Origin: an uncultured Alicyclobacillaceae bacterium
GTDB lineage: Bacteria > Bacillota > Bacilli > Alicyclobacillales > Alicyclobacillaceae
Reading direction: 5' to 3'
Assembly: GCA_964645595.1 (NCBI GenBank)
Contig: CAZYAH010000001.1
Coordinates: 1 to 44,900 of the forward strand
DNA: 44,900 nt
Positions 7,225 through 16,466 of this stretch are shown in pieces; position 1 is the stretch's first letter, and each line of letters starts with the position of its first letter. A model generated the notes under the pieces. The model worked only from the letters and a program-made list of their open reading frames with translations. It was not told the origin of the DNA and ran no database searches. Made by a program: the position numbers and the translations under genes.

Positions 7225-9304
7225 AGATTTCTTCACCCGCTTCTCCCCTGCACCGCAACCTCTGGACCAGAGCCACTTAGACGCCCCAGTCAAGCCGTTT
7301 CGGAAACCACGGAAGAAGAAACCAGAACTGGCGAAACAGATCGACCGCATTCCGCCAGAGGATGAAGATAAGAAACAGCGCCTCGAACGCCTAGCGAAGT
7401 GGAAAACCCGCGCTTCCCGTGCCGAAGCGGTGCGCAAGGACTGGGAAACGCTCTACGATGTCGAACGCTGCGAAAACTATTTTTTAGGGAAACAATGGGA
7501 GCGCGGGCTGCGGCAGTCCGACCTCGTACTCAATCACTTCCTGGCCACGGTGAAAGTCATCACCCCTAACCTGCTGTTCAGCCAACCGAAATACTATATC
7601 CGTCCCCGTCCCGGCCGCACCGCTCCGGCGGGCGAGCTGCGCGCGGCGATGGCAGAAGGCGTGCTCGATTTCATCGGCGGCCAGGACCAAAACTTGAAAC
7701 GCAGCGCGAAATTGGCCGTGCTGCAAGCGTTCTTCCGCGTGGGTGCCTTGAAATGCGTCTACGATCCGCGCATGGAGCCGAACCCGCGCGCGGGAGAGCC
7801 GATGTACGAGACGGACGAGGATGGTGTGTCACAGCGCGACGACAGCGGCAATCCTCGGTTCAAGAATGATCCGCTGACTGGTGACCCGATTGTGGAACCC
7901 AAAGAAGTCTTGACCGATGAAATGTATCGCTATTCCTATGTCGATGCGCGCCATCTGCTCTTGCCCGATGAAGGCGCCGACCGGCAGCGGTGGACGTGGA
8001 TCGGCGAGCAAGTGCTCGTCCCCTTGGCCGATGCGAAATCCGATACGCGCTTTCCGGTGGGACTGCGCGATCAGTTCACCAGTAATGCCAGCGGCACCGA
8101 AGATCGACGCGGGGCCTTTGCGCATTTGAAGAGCGTGCAAGAGGATGAGCAGTTCCGCTACACCGAAGTCTATGACGTGATCGGCAAGCGCGTCATTATC
8201 TGGGCAGACGGGCAGACGTTCGAGGACTTTTTGCTCGACGATCCGTTGCCCCCTGGCATTGAAGATACCCCTTATAGCCTGCTCTGCTTAGGTGATCCCA
8301 TCCTGGGGCCGACGCCATGTCCCTGGCCGATACCGTTCACGCGCGCGTGGCTCGATCCGCAACGCGACTACAACATCTCCAGTCAGCAGATCAGTGAAGG
8401 CGGGAAACGCTCGGCGCGCAAGATGGGCTATGACGAGAGCACCTTTGCCGATTCGGACGAGGCGGTGAAGTTCATGCAGGACCCCGGCGATATGACGGGC
8501 GTGAAGCTGAACGATGTGATGCGCCCGCCGGTCATTCTGACCACGCCGGACATCAATGCCTCGATCTATAAGAACGCAGAAAAACTCCTCATGGACTGGC
8601 GCATTATAACCGGGCAGACCGGTGCACGGTCTGGCGCGCCAGAAGGGGGCACGGCGACGGAATCCACCTTCATTGAGCGCGCGGCAAATCTGCGTGACGC
8701 CGAATTGCAGGATCTCGTCACCGATTGGCTCGCTGAAGGGGGCCAGAAGATGCTCCAGCTCGTGCAAGGGACGCTCACGCTCGGCCTGTGGGTCAAAATG
8801 CGCGGCTTTAGTGACAAAGAGTTCCTGAAATTCGCCGAACGCTACTGGCAGGTGCCGCAAGAGCGCCTGATGGTGCTGCTCCAGACCATCCCGCAGCTCA
8901 AAGGCATCCTGATGGCGCGCTTCGGCGACGAAAAGTGGCAATCCATCACGCGGGAGGACTTGACCTTTGAAGCGGATGTGACAATCGCTCCCGGCTCGAT
9001 GCGCCCACGCAATTTGGACCTGGAACGGCGCAATTGGCTCGAATTCTTGAAGATCCTGGGTCAATTTCCGCAACTGGCGCTCTCGCGTGAGCTGTTGCGG
9101 GAGACCGCCTCGAAATTCGAGGGGATTAACGACCGGATGCTCGATGAACTCATGGCGTTGGCCGAAAAGATGGTGCAGATTCAGTCCAAGGTGGCCGGAC
9201 GCGACCAAGGCGGTGCCACGAATGGCGGCGGGGCGGGGTCCTCGACCGCAGGCAACCCAGATCTCATGGCGCTCATGTCCGGGGTCGCCGGAGGACAAGG
9301 CTAG
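7214..9304 (+). CDS. Portal protein (P22-like)
   Basis: About 700 aa, directly after the terminase, with the PQRDYN, TATE and DVTIAPGS segments typical of podoviral portals. Confidence 0.85.
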   Translation: MGLKDFFTRFSPAPQPLDQSHLDAPVKPFRKPRKKKPELAKQIDRIPPEDEDKKQRLERLAKWKTRASRAEAVRKDWETLYDVERCENYFLGKQWERGLRQSDLVLNHFLATVKVITPNLLFSQPKYYIRPRPGRTAPAGELRAAMAEGVLDFIGGQDQNLKRSAKLAVLQAFFRVGALKCVYDPRMEPNPRAGEPMYETDEDGVSQRDDSGNPRFKNDPLTGDPIVEPKEVLTDEMYRYSYVDARHLLLPDEGADRQRWTWIGEQVLVPLADAKSDTRFPVGLRDQFTSNASGTEDRRGAFAHLKSVQEDEQFRYTEVYDVIGKRVIIWADGQTFEDFLLDDPLPPGIEDTPYSLLCLGDPILGPTPCPWPIPFTRAWLDPQRDYNISSQQISEGGKRSARKMGYDESTFADSDEAVKFMQDPGDMTGVKLNDVMRPPVILTTPDINASIYKNAEKLLMDWRIITGQTGARSGAPEGGTATESTFIERAANLRDAELQDLVTDWLAEGGQKMLQLVQGTLTLGLWVKMRGFSDKEFLKFAERYWQVPQERLMVLLQTIPQLKGILMARFGDEKWQSITREDLTFEADVTIAPGSMRPRNLDLERRNWLEFLKILGQFPQLALSRELLRETASKFEGINDRMLDELMALAEKMVQIQSKVAGRDQGGATNGGGAGSSTAGNPDLMALMSGVAGGQG

Positions 9305-9305
9305 C

Positions 9306-9602
9306 ATGCCGATGTATACCTTTCGCTGTGAGGAGGGACATGAAAAAGAAGAATTCTGCACGCACTCAGACGACAAAGGCGTTAAAACACATATTTGTCG
9401 AAGGTGTGGAGCTACTCAGGCGCCTGTCATCACGTATGGCCAAGGGCTCTGCTATTTCGAGGAAGGACGCGGGCGGCTCATCTGGAACCTCGGGCCGGAG
9501 CCGATCCTCGTGAAGAGTGCGGAACAACATAAGCGCCTCATGCGCATCAACAAGGTCGATTTTGCCAATCGTGGCACCGGGTATCCCGGACAATGGATCT
9601 AG
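9306..9602 (+). CDS. FmdB-like zinc-ribbon protein
   Basis: MPMYTFRCEEGH...CRRCG, in the common post-portal position. Confidence 0.75.
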   Translation: MPMYTFRCEEGHEKEEFCTHSDDKGVKTHICRRCGATQAPVITYGQGLCYFEEGRGRLIWNLGPEPILVKSAEQHKRLMRINKVDFANRGTGYPGQWI

Positions 9603-9611
9603 GAGGATAGT

Positions 9612-9881
9612 ATGAAACCTGAAAGTCCTGATGGCTGGCAACGCTTGACGTGTTCCTGCGGCACTGACCGCTTTGCCGCCATGATCTATCTGCGCTGGCG
9701 TGCAGGGGCTGGCTGTAGCAACGAACCAGCCGGCTATTTCTGCCTCGAATGCCATGCGGTCGTCGATAGCGCCGTGTTGATTGCGAAGGCGCAGCACGAG
9801 GCGAAGAAGCGCGAACTGCGGGACTTGGAAGCGGAGATGGCGTCGAATGCGGCGCCCGCTGCCGCTGCGAAAGAGAAGTGA
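9612..9881 (+). CDS. Zinc-binding hypothetical protein
   Basis: AGGAGG RBS; CSC...CLEC followed by a coiled-coil tail. Confidence 0.7.
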   Translation: MKPESPDGWQRLTCSCGTDRFAAMIYLRWRAGAGCSNEPAGYFCLECHAVVDSAVLIAKAQHEAKKRELRDLEAEMASNAAPAAAAKEK

Positions 9882-10039
9882 TGGAGACGCTGACTCCGGT
9901 ACGCATTCCCAAAGACATCGCAGAGTGGTTAGACCGCTTCGTCGTGTCTCGGTGGTCTGGTTCGTTGACTTTGCATTTCAACAGGGGTATCGTGCAGTCC
10001 TATGAACCCAAGCCTAATTTGCGCACAGACGTAAAGTAA
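9881..10039 (+). CDS. Small DUF2292/YezD-like protein (52 aa, not in the ORF track)
   Basis: Hand translation METLTPVRIPKDIAEWLDRFVVSRWSGSLTLHFNRGIVQSYEPKPNLRTDVK. TGATG coupling to the previous gene; GS.T.HF..G.V pattern. Confidence 0.6.
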   Translation: METLTPVRIPKDIAEWLDRFVVSRWSGSLTLHFNRGIVQSYEPKPNLRTDVK

Positions 10040-10110
10040 GGCGACTCAGCACCACTGAAGCCCTCTTCGGTCTTTCCCTACGGAAAGACTGGAGGGGGCT
10101 TTTTCATTTT
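10040..10110 (+). terminator. Conserved small hairpin plus intrinsic terminator (attenuator-like), copy 1
   Basis: GGCGACTCAGCACCACTGAAGCCC, then a 20-bp stem (10058-10077 with 10082-10101, three G-U pairs) and a T-rich tail. Confidence 0.8.
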
Positions 10111-10120
10111 GGAGGGTCCG

Positions 10121-11008
10121 ATGGATGATCTCAATACCGACGCTGACGGGACGACCGACCAGACTGGCCTCGACCAGACTGTAGCGGACGGCACCGATCA
10201 GACGACGACTGAGCCCAGTGCGGAGACGTTTCTGAACGATGCTGAACTCTTGGCCAAAATTCGGGGCAACCCGGAATTGGATCATGTGTTCAAAAAAATG
10301 CAGGGGGCGTATACGAAACGGAGTCAAGGGCTCGCACGAGTCCGTGACGCCGCGTCAATCGTGGAACGCTTCAACTCCGATCCGGACTTTGCCCGCCAAA
10401 CGATCATGCAGCGTGCGCAGCAATTGGGCCTGAACGTCGGACAGCCTGGCCAACAGCCAGGATTCCAGAACGGCTCAGCCTCCAAGAGTGTGCCGCCTGA
10501 ATTGATCGAGGCGTACAAATCCAATCTGTCGCCTGAACTGCAATGGATGGCTTCGACGCTGGCAGCCGCGCAACACGCGGGCATGCAGATGGCGCTGAAG
10601 CCGCTGGAGCAGCAGCAGGCGCTCAGCTCCCGCAACACACGCGACCAGGAGTACGACTCCATGGCCACGTCCTTGTCGGAGAAGGCCCCCGGATGGGAAT
10701 CGCATGAAGAGGATATGACCAGTCTGCTTACGTTCCTGCAGGCGCCCACGATGCACGATCGGCGGTGGGGCAATAAGCTCGAACTGCTGTACAAGCTCAC
10801 GGCGGGCGATGGGCAGGCGACGGCGGAAGCGGCTAGGCGGATGGGGCAAGCGGTCAAAAGCCGCGCGCCAGCTGGTTCGCCCATGGCGAGTCCGACGCCG
10901 AACATTGCGGAGCAGATCAAGAAACCGAAGAACAGTCAGGACGCCTGGCAAATTGCCGCGAACCACGCCATTGCGGAAATGGCACGGCAAGGCATCAAGG
11001 TGTCTTGA
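10121..11008 (+). CDS. Capsid scaffolding protein
   Basis: Acidic disordered N-terminus, MQGAYTKRSQ motif, helical body, directly before the capsid gene. Confidence 0.8.
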   Translation: MDDLNTDADGTTDQTGLDQTVADGTDQTTTEPSAETFLNDAELLAKIRGNPELDHVFKKMQGAYTKRSQGLARVRDAASIVERFNSDPDFARQTIMQRAQQLGLNVGQPGQQPGFQNGSASKSVPPELIEAYKSNLSPELQWMASTLAAAQHAGMQMALKPLEQQQALSSRNTRDQEYDSMATSLSEKAPGWESHEEDMTSLLTFLQAPTMHDRRWGNKLELLYKLTAGDGQATAEAARRMGQAVKSRAPAGSPMASPTPNIAEQIKKPKNSQDAWQIAANHAIAEMARQGIKVS

Positions 11009-11019
11009 GAAGGAGTCCC

Positions 11020-12171
11020 ATGTTGAAACTTACAGGGCTGTGGGCGTCACTGGTGGCAGCACTCGGCAACGAGCGCGGCCAAATCCCCAGCACGCTCACC
11101 GATAACTACGACGCCCTGCTCACGACCACGGCGCGGGCCATGCAACCGCGCATCCACGACAACATTACGCGCAGTAATAAAGTCGTGGCGTGGCTCACCG
11201 AGCACGGGAAGATGCGGAAGCAGGACGGGGGCGAACGGGTCAAGGTGCCGCTCATGCACGCCTTGAACTCCACCGCCGATATTTACTCAGGGTACGGGAA
11301 TCTCGATACCACGCCGCAAGACGGCATCACGTCGGCGTTCTTCGATTGGTCACAGATGGCCGTGTCCGTCTCGATCAGCCGCAAAGAAGAGCGGCAAAAT
11401 AGCGGGAGTTCCAAGCTCCTCTCGCTGCTCGAAACCAAAACCACGCAGGCGGAAGTCTCGGCCAAGGAATTGCTGAACAACTGTCTGGTGGCGGGGCGCA
11501 TTACGGCCTCGGCGACGGACGGGCGATTCCTGCCTAGGATCGGTCGGCTGGACAGCGGGGCTACAGGGCCGCTGCCTTTGGCCGCGTTGATCGATGGGAC
11601 GGCCGCGCGGTCGGTTGCCATCGGGAACATCAACGGGGCGACCTATACGTTTTGGCAGAACAAGGTGAACACGAGTGCCGCCACCACCTGGCGTGGCTTC
11701 TTCGGGGAGTGCGTGACGCTCTACAACGACTGCTCGAAAGGGGCGGGCGGATCGCCGGATCTCATCATCGACGATCAACGCACCTGGGAGCAGTATTGGA
11801 ACGGGTTGAGCAATCAGGAACGCTATGTCGTGACCGATCAACGGACTATCGACATTCTTGGCGGGAGCGATCTGCTCAAGTTCAGGGGTGCAGTACGCGT
11901 GTGGGACGAAGTGGTGCCCGATGTGGAGACGAACGCGGAAATCGTCGATGCGATCGGCACGTTTACCACCGGCACGAGTTTTTATCTGAACAGCAATGCG
12001 ATGGAGTGGATCGTGGACAGCCAAACCGATTGGATTACCACTCCGTTCGTGCATCCGGTGGGGCAGGACGCGCGGGTGTCTGAAATGCTCTGGATGGGCG
12101 CGATGGGCATCAACAACCGGCGTAAGCTGGGCGTGATGAAGTCGATTCAACGGGCGTTCTTCACGGCGTAA
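11020..12171 (+). CDS. Major capsid protein
   Basis: YDALLTTT, DGGERVKVPL, YSGY..LDT.PQD, FDW and YLNS motifs of HK97-fold capsids. AAGGAG RBS. Confidence 0.9.
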   Translation: MLKLTGLWASLVAALGNERGQIPSTLTDNYDALLTTTARAMQPRIHDNITRSNKVVAWLTEHGKMRKQDGGERVKVPLMHALNSTADIYSGYGNLDTTPQDGITSAFFDWSQMAVSVSISRKEERQNSGSSKLLSLLETKTTQAEVSAKELLNNCLVAGRITASATDGRFLPRIGRLDSGATGPLPLAALIDGTAARSVAIGNINGATYTFWQNKVNTSAATTWRGFFGECVTLYNDCSKGAGGSPDLIIDDQRTWEQYWNGLSNQERYVVTDQRTIDILGGSDLLKFRGAVRVWDEVVPDVETNAEIVDAIGTFTTGTSFYLNSNAMEWIVDSQTDWITTPFVHPVGQDARVSEMLWMGAMGINNRRKLGVMKSIQRAFFTA

Positions 12172-12232
12172 GGAGCCTTCTAACAAAACGGGGTTCTTAG
12201 AACCTGACAGTCACAACACAGGAGGTAGAGAT

Positions 12233-12652
12233 TTGATTTTTCAACGACTCAACCGAACAGATCCTGAACGCATCTTTACGGTGATGCGCAGCAACGAAAC
12301 CATGGCCATCGACGATGCCGTGGCCTTGGAAACGAATTCCGATTCCATCGACGGCGTGCGGGTGCGGCTTCCGGACACCGGCTTGCTGCATACCTTCGTC
12401 GGCATTGCGGACGCGGCCATTACGAGCGGCAGCTACGGTCTGATTCAGACCTACGGCTATCGCTCGACGAGCCGGGTGTTTCAGACGAACACAAGCATCG
12501 ACACCGGCGTAGTGCTCACGCCCGTCGCGGCGGCGGCCTATGTGCAGTCGTTCGCGTCGAGCAATGTGCCCTACGGCGTGTTGCTGGAAACGATTGTGTC
12601 GAGTTCGGTCTCAAATACGGTTAGCAGGAAAATATTTGTGAGAGCCATGTGA
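12233..12652 (+). CDS. Capsid decoration/cement protein
   Basis: AGGAGG plus TTG start. Small beta-rich protein (VGIADAAI..GSYGLIQTYG) right after the capsid gene. Confidence 0.7.
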   Translation: MIFQRLNRTDPERIFTVMRSNETMAIDDAVALETNSDSIDGVRVRLPDTGLLHTFVGIADAAITSGSYGLIQTYGYRSTSRVFQTNTSIDTGVVLTPVAAAAYVQSFASSNVPYGVLLETIVSSSVSNTVSRKIFVRAM

Positions 12653-12655
12653 CGT

Positions 12656-13225
12656 ATGAGCGCATTGCTTGAGCAATGTATTCCTGTGCAGGTTGCAACG
12701 ACGTGGCACGCCCTTGTGCCACGTCTCCTGCAGGAGCACGGCAGCCGCACGGTGGCTGAGGTCGGCGTGTGGCGCGGGGAGTTGAGCCGGAAGATTCTCA
12801 CGCACTGTCCATTGATCACCCGTCTCCTCTTGGTGGATGCCTGGAGCCCCGTCTATGCGAACGATCCGACGCACGGCTGGATGGTGTTTGGGCCAGGGAC
12901 CGACCAAGCGGAAATGGATGACGCCTATTTGAGAGTGCGACATCAGTTCGATGACGATACGCGCGTGACGATTCATAAGGGCTTGAGCGTGGACGTGGCC
13001 GCCACGATTCCTGACGGCTCGCTCGACGCGGTCCTGATCGACGCGCTCCACACCTACCACGCCTGCAAGGCCGATATTCTGGCGTGGAGACCGAAACTCA
13101 AAGTGGGTGGGTTGATGATTGGTGATGATTTGAGTGAATGGTTTCCCGGCGTGCAGATTGCCGTGGAGGAAGTATTTGGAGTGCGGTATCGGTGCCTGGA
13201 TCAAACGTGGTGGGTCACACCTTAG
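12656..13225 (+). CDS. Class I SAM methyltransferase (Methyltransf_24-like)
   Basis: AEVGVWRG motif I, LVDAW, LDAVLIDALHTY, GGLMIGDD. Confidence 0.88.
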   Translation: MSALLEQCIPVQVATTWHALVPRLLQEHGSRTVAEVGVWRGELSRKILTHCPLITRLLLVDAWSPVYANDPTHGWMVFGPGTDQAEMDDAYLRVRHQFDDDTRVTIHKGLSVDVAATIPDGSLDAVLIDALHTYHACKADILAWRPKLKVGGLMIGDDLSEWFPGVQIAVEEVFGVRYRCLDQTWWVTP

Positions 13226-13234
13226 GAGGGCTCT

Positions 13235-13468
13235 ATGTTGTCGGCGATTGAACAACCGATCAAACGCTATCTGGCTCGTTTTCATGGGGTGCCCACTGAG
13301 CCATCACGTCAATATGATTATTACCGCTGCGAATTGTGCCACGGCATTGTGACGTGGAAGCAGATCGCCAACGGGGGCTGCAACTGTGGCGTCGGCAGTA
13401 AGGTTCGGGGAGCGCATCTGACGGTGTGGGAGAAGGTGCAACTGTTGGTGACGCCCTGGAGGTTCTGA
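13235..13468 (+). CDS. Small zinc-binding protein
   Basis: AGGAGG RBS; CELC...CNCG. Confidence 0.65.
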   Translation: MLSAIEQPIKRYLARFHGVPTEPSRQYDYYRCELCHGIVTWKQIANGGCNCGVGSKVRGAHLTVWEKVQLLVTPWRF

Positions 13469-13666
13469 GTGGACGGACCAGACTACAGCACGCAGCACGT
13501 CGTCTCCCCGTATGGCGAGACCAATGTGGTGCAGGCGGGGATCGCCATCAAGCGCGGGAAATCGCTGCGCGCGCTGCTGACACGCAGCGACGATGCGAGC
13601 CAGATGGAAATGAATCCTGAAGCCTTCAGAACGCTCCGTGAAAGGTTTTTGCATGACGCCCGTTAA
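13469..13666 (+). CDS. Hypothetical protein
   Basis: GGAGG RBS with GTG start; fills the operon. Confidence 0.45.
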   Translation: MDGPDYSTQHVVSPYGETNVVQAGIAIKRGKSLRALLTRSDDASQMEMNPEAFRTLRERFLHDAR

Positions 13667-13847
13667 CCAGACGCCGGTTGAGAAAATGGGGCCAACCTAT
13701 CTCAGGAAGAACGGTGATTTCGTCCATACCTCCACCAGAGTTGGGTTCGTGATCTATGACTATCGGCACCAACCATTCAAAGTTGGACGGGTCGTGCATC
13801 CCGCCAATAGACGTGTGGCACTTATCCTACCAGAGGAGACGGAATGA
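13653..13847 (+). CDS. Hypothetical protein
   Basis: Coupled to the next gene by ATGA. Confidence 0.45.
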   Translation: MTPVNQTPVEKMGPTYLRKNGDFVHTSTRVGFVIYDYRHQPFKVGRVVHPANRRVALILPEETE

Positions 13848-14578
13848 CGCCTGTTAACGTCTGCTTCGCATCTACTGCCTATGGTCCATTATGGGCTCCA
13901 GCTGTGGCGTCATGGCTACGCGCAGTCGGCTACGCAGCGCGGCATTTTGAAGTTACGCAACTTGGGAAGGTGGGTGGCATTGGAATAACTGACAGAGCAT
14001 ATACGCATCAAAGTCAAAACGGCTTGGTTCAAGACTTCTTGGCTGATCCATCGTTCACGCATCTCATGTTTACAGAAATGGATATGCTGCTGCCTCCTGA
14101 TACCATGGTGAAACTCGTCGCCCTAGACAAACCCATTGCTTCCGGGATCTATTTCCTCCGTAACGGGCGCGGGCAGCCGTGTCTGTTTCAAAAGGTGTTG
14201 ACCAGCCGTGAGAACCCCTACGTGTTCTCGCCTGTTTCTGCCTTTCCCCTGCTTGAACCGTTTCGCGTAGATCATCCTGGCCTGGGTTGCGTGCTGTTCA
14301 AGCGGGAAGTCTTTGAGCACCCCAAGATGGTGTTCCCCTGGTTTGATCTGTCGGCACAGAAGTTCGGGAGCGATATGTATTTTTTCACGAACGTCAAGGA
14401 CGCCGGCATCGAAGTCTGGGCGGACCCCAGCGTGATGTGTGGGCAGATAGACTACAAAGAGGAAACATTCGACGATTACAAAAAGCGATTGGTGGAGGAC
14501 CCGGCCTATGTCAAAGGCGGAGTTATTATCGGAACCAGCGAGTCGCATCGAAACGGCGCCGTCGTCGTCGGCCTCTGA
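13844..14578 (+). CDS. Glycosyltransferase, GT-A fold (GT2-like)
   Basis: FTHLMFTEMDM (ExD variant of DxD), IASGIYF, GLGCVLFKREVF, GSDMYF, GIEVWAD. Confidence 0.82.
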   Translation: MTPVNVCFASTAYGPLWAPAVASWLRAVGYAARHFEVTQLGKVGGIGITDRAYTHQSQNGLVQDFLADPSFTHLMFTEMDMLLPPDTMVKLVALDKPIASGIYFLRNGRGQPCLFQKVLTSRENPYVFSPVSAFPLLEPFRVDHPGLGCVLFKREVFEHPKMVFPWFDLSAQKFGSDMYFFTNVKDAGIEVWADPSVMCGQIDYKEETFDDYKKRLVEDPAYVKGGVIIGTSESHRNGAVVVGL

Positions 14579-15284
14579 GCCGCTGCGTCTGCATATCGGC
14601 TGCGGGAATCAGCGTCTCAACGGCTACGTCAACTGCGATCTATTCCCCACCAGTGCGACCGATGCGGTTTTTGACTGTACCTCGCTCTGGCCGTTTCCAA
14701 CGGATTCCGTCTCGACGATCTACTGTAGTCACACCCTCGAACACTTGGACGACTATCGGACCTTCTTCAAGGAAGCCCACCGGGTGCTGAGGCCTGACGG
14801 TAATCTCCAGATCCGTGTCCCCTACGGGGGGCATAAAGCGGCGTATTGGGACTTGACGCATGTTCGGCCCTGGTACGCCGAATCCTTTTGTTTTCTCCAG
14901 CCAGGCTATGCCCAGGCCGTTGGGAACGCCCAACACAACGAGTGGAGGCACTTTTTCTCCGTGGAGGATTGCGTGTTGCGTGTGACGGATCGCTTGACGC
15001 CGATCCTACGCTGGAAGCTCGGACGGATGCTGGTGCTGCCGTGGCTCGATATGATCCAAAACGCGGTCGAGGAGATGTGGGTGTTTCTCGTCCCGCTCAA
15101 AACGGAGTCACAGATCGTGAACTGGTCGATCCTGCATTCCGGTAATGCTCTGGGCGCCCGGTACAGTATCTATCGGCATCATTTAGAGCGGCGTCAGAAG
15201 CGGCCAGATGAGATCGCTGAGTTTGTCGATTGGCGGCGGGAAATGCTCCATAACGGCTTTCATGCCTGGTGGAATGCGAAATGA
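14508..15284 (+). CDS. Class I SAM methyltransferase (Methyltransf_11-like)
   Basis: LHIGCG, YVNCD, SHTLEHL, EAHRVLRPDG, DLTHVR. Confidence 0.88.
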   Translation: MSKAELLSEPASRIETAPSSSASEPLRLHIGCGNQRLNGYVNCDLFPTSATDAVFDCTSLWPFPTDSVSTIYCSHTLEHLDDYRTFFKEAHRVLRPDGNLQIRVPYGGHKAAYWDLTHVRPWYAESFCFLQPGYAQAVGNAQHNEWRHFFSVEDCVLRVTDRLTPILRWKLGRMLVLPWLDMIQNAVEEMWVFLVPLKTESQIVNWSILHSGNALGARYSIYRHHLERRQKRPDEIAEFVDWRREMLHNGFHAWWNAK

Positions 15285-16147
15285 TTCGCGTCTCGAACTT
15301 CAACAAAATGGGCGACGTGATGTATAGCCTGCCCGTGCTGCGGGCGCTGTGGCGACTGCGTGGCGAGAAGATCTCGCTGTTACTCAGTGGCTCAGCCTAT
15401 CAGCTCGCGCCGTTGCTCTGGGAACAGCCCTACGTGGGCGCAGTCGAATTGGAGGACACCTGCCCCCATGCGACGACGCCGATTGAGCGTGGGGCGATCT
15501 TTCATCAATGGCGGTGGTACGAACCAGGCGAAGGCCTGAATCTCTCACTGCAGCCGAACTACTTCAAAGACGACGCGCCGATTTCGTGGACGAAATGTTA
15601 TATGGCCGCCGCTGGCGTGGAAGAATTGACCGATAGCGATTGCGTGGCGCTGCCCAGTCTGGTCAATCATCGGCGCTGGATCGATGGAATCGACGTAGAA
15701 ATCAACGGCACGAAACAGGCGAAACCCAAGACCATCATTCTGGCCCCTGAGACAGACACGCTCGATGAGCTGATGCCAAACATTTGGGAATCCATTATCG
15801 ATCAAGTCGTGAATGCGGGCTATACGGCCATCGTAGTGGGCACGCGCAGACTGACGGGATTCTGGGATGAAGATGAAGCCGACGGGCGCGTGGATCTCCG
15901 AGGCCTCACGAGTGTCCCTGTGCTGGCGCGATTGATTGCTGAGTCACGCGGCTTCATCGGCGCGCACAGTTTCCCGTGGCATCTGGCGCGGCACAGCGAA
16001 ACGCCCGCCGTCTGCCTGCAGACGTGGCGCGAGGGGTTGCGGCGGTGTCTGCCGGTGGACACGCCGTACACCTGGATTGAACCAGATAACTATAAGTCAG
16101 CGGTGTCTACCGTGCTGAATCCGGTGATGGATCTCAGTAATGTCTGA
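15281..16147 (+). CDS. Glycosyltransferase family 9 (heptosyltransferase-like, GT-B)
   Basis: KMGDVMYSLPVLRAL, QPYV, VDLRGLTS...LIAESRGFIG..S.PWHLA. Confidence 0.85.
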   Translation: MIRVSNFNKMGDVMYSLPVLRALWRLRGEKISLLLSGSAYQLAPLLWEQPYVGAVELEDTCPHATTPIERGAIFHQWRWYEPGEGLNLSLQPNYFKDDAPISWTKCYMAAAGVEELTDSDCVALPSLVNHRRWIDGIDVEINGTKQAKPKTIILAPETDTLDELMPNIWESIIDQVVNAGYTAIVVGTRRLTGFWDEDEADGRVDLRGLTSVPVLARLIAESRGFIGAHSFPWHLARHSETPAVCLQTWREGLRRCLPVDTPYTWIEPDNYKSAVSTVLNPVMDLSNV

Positions 16148-16466
16148 AAAAGGAGGCCCTATGTGGACCAGTGAACAACTCGACAAAGCGCAGTACGTAG
16201 CCTTTCACGACTACGAGAGTAAGCAGCCGTTGAATATGGGCACCATCGAAATCGACGGGGCCAACGGCGGCATCTATTTCATCACGCCTGTGCCGCCCTA
16301 TGGCGGATTGGTCGGCGAGCAAGGCAGCATCGCGGGCCAGATCATGGGGACCCATGTGCCGATGAAGCAATGGACGCCGGCCTATACGCCGAAGGGGTTG
16401 CCGGTGCCGGATCGGGCGTCATCGGATCAGTACGTGATTCATCAGTATGGGGACGGGAGTGTATGA
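16140..16466 (+). CDS. Hypothetical protein
   Basis: Overlaps both neighbours; AGGAGG precedes an internal ATG. Confidence 0.6.
   Translation: MSEKGGPMWTSEQLDKAQYVAFHDYESKQPLNMGTIEIDGANGGIYFITPVPPYGGLVGEQGSIAGQIMGTHVPMKQWTPAYTPKGLPVPDRASSDQYVIHQYGDGSV

Noticed and set aside
5996-12186. Long minus-strand ORFs (5996-7057, 8288-9376, 11350-12186 and others)
   Set aside because: Antisense shadows of terminase, portal and capsid genes in GC-rich DNA, with no motifs.
12656-15284. The two methyltransferases as DNA methylases of a restriction-modification system
   Set aside because: They lack DPPY/NPPY or PC catalytic motifs and resemble small-molecule or glycan methyltransferases next to glycosyltransferases.
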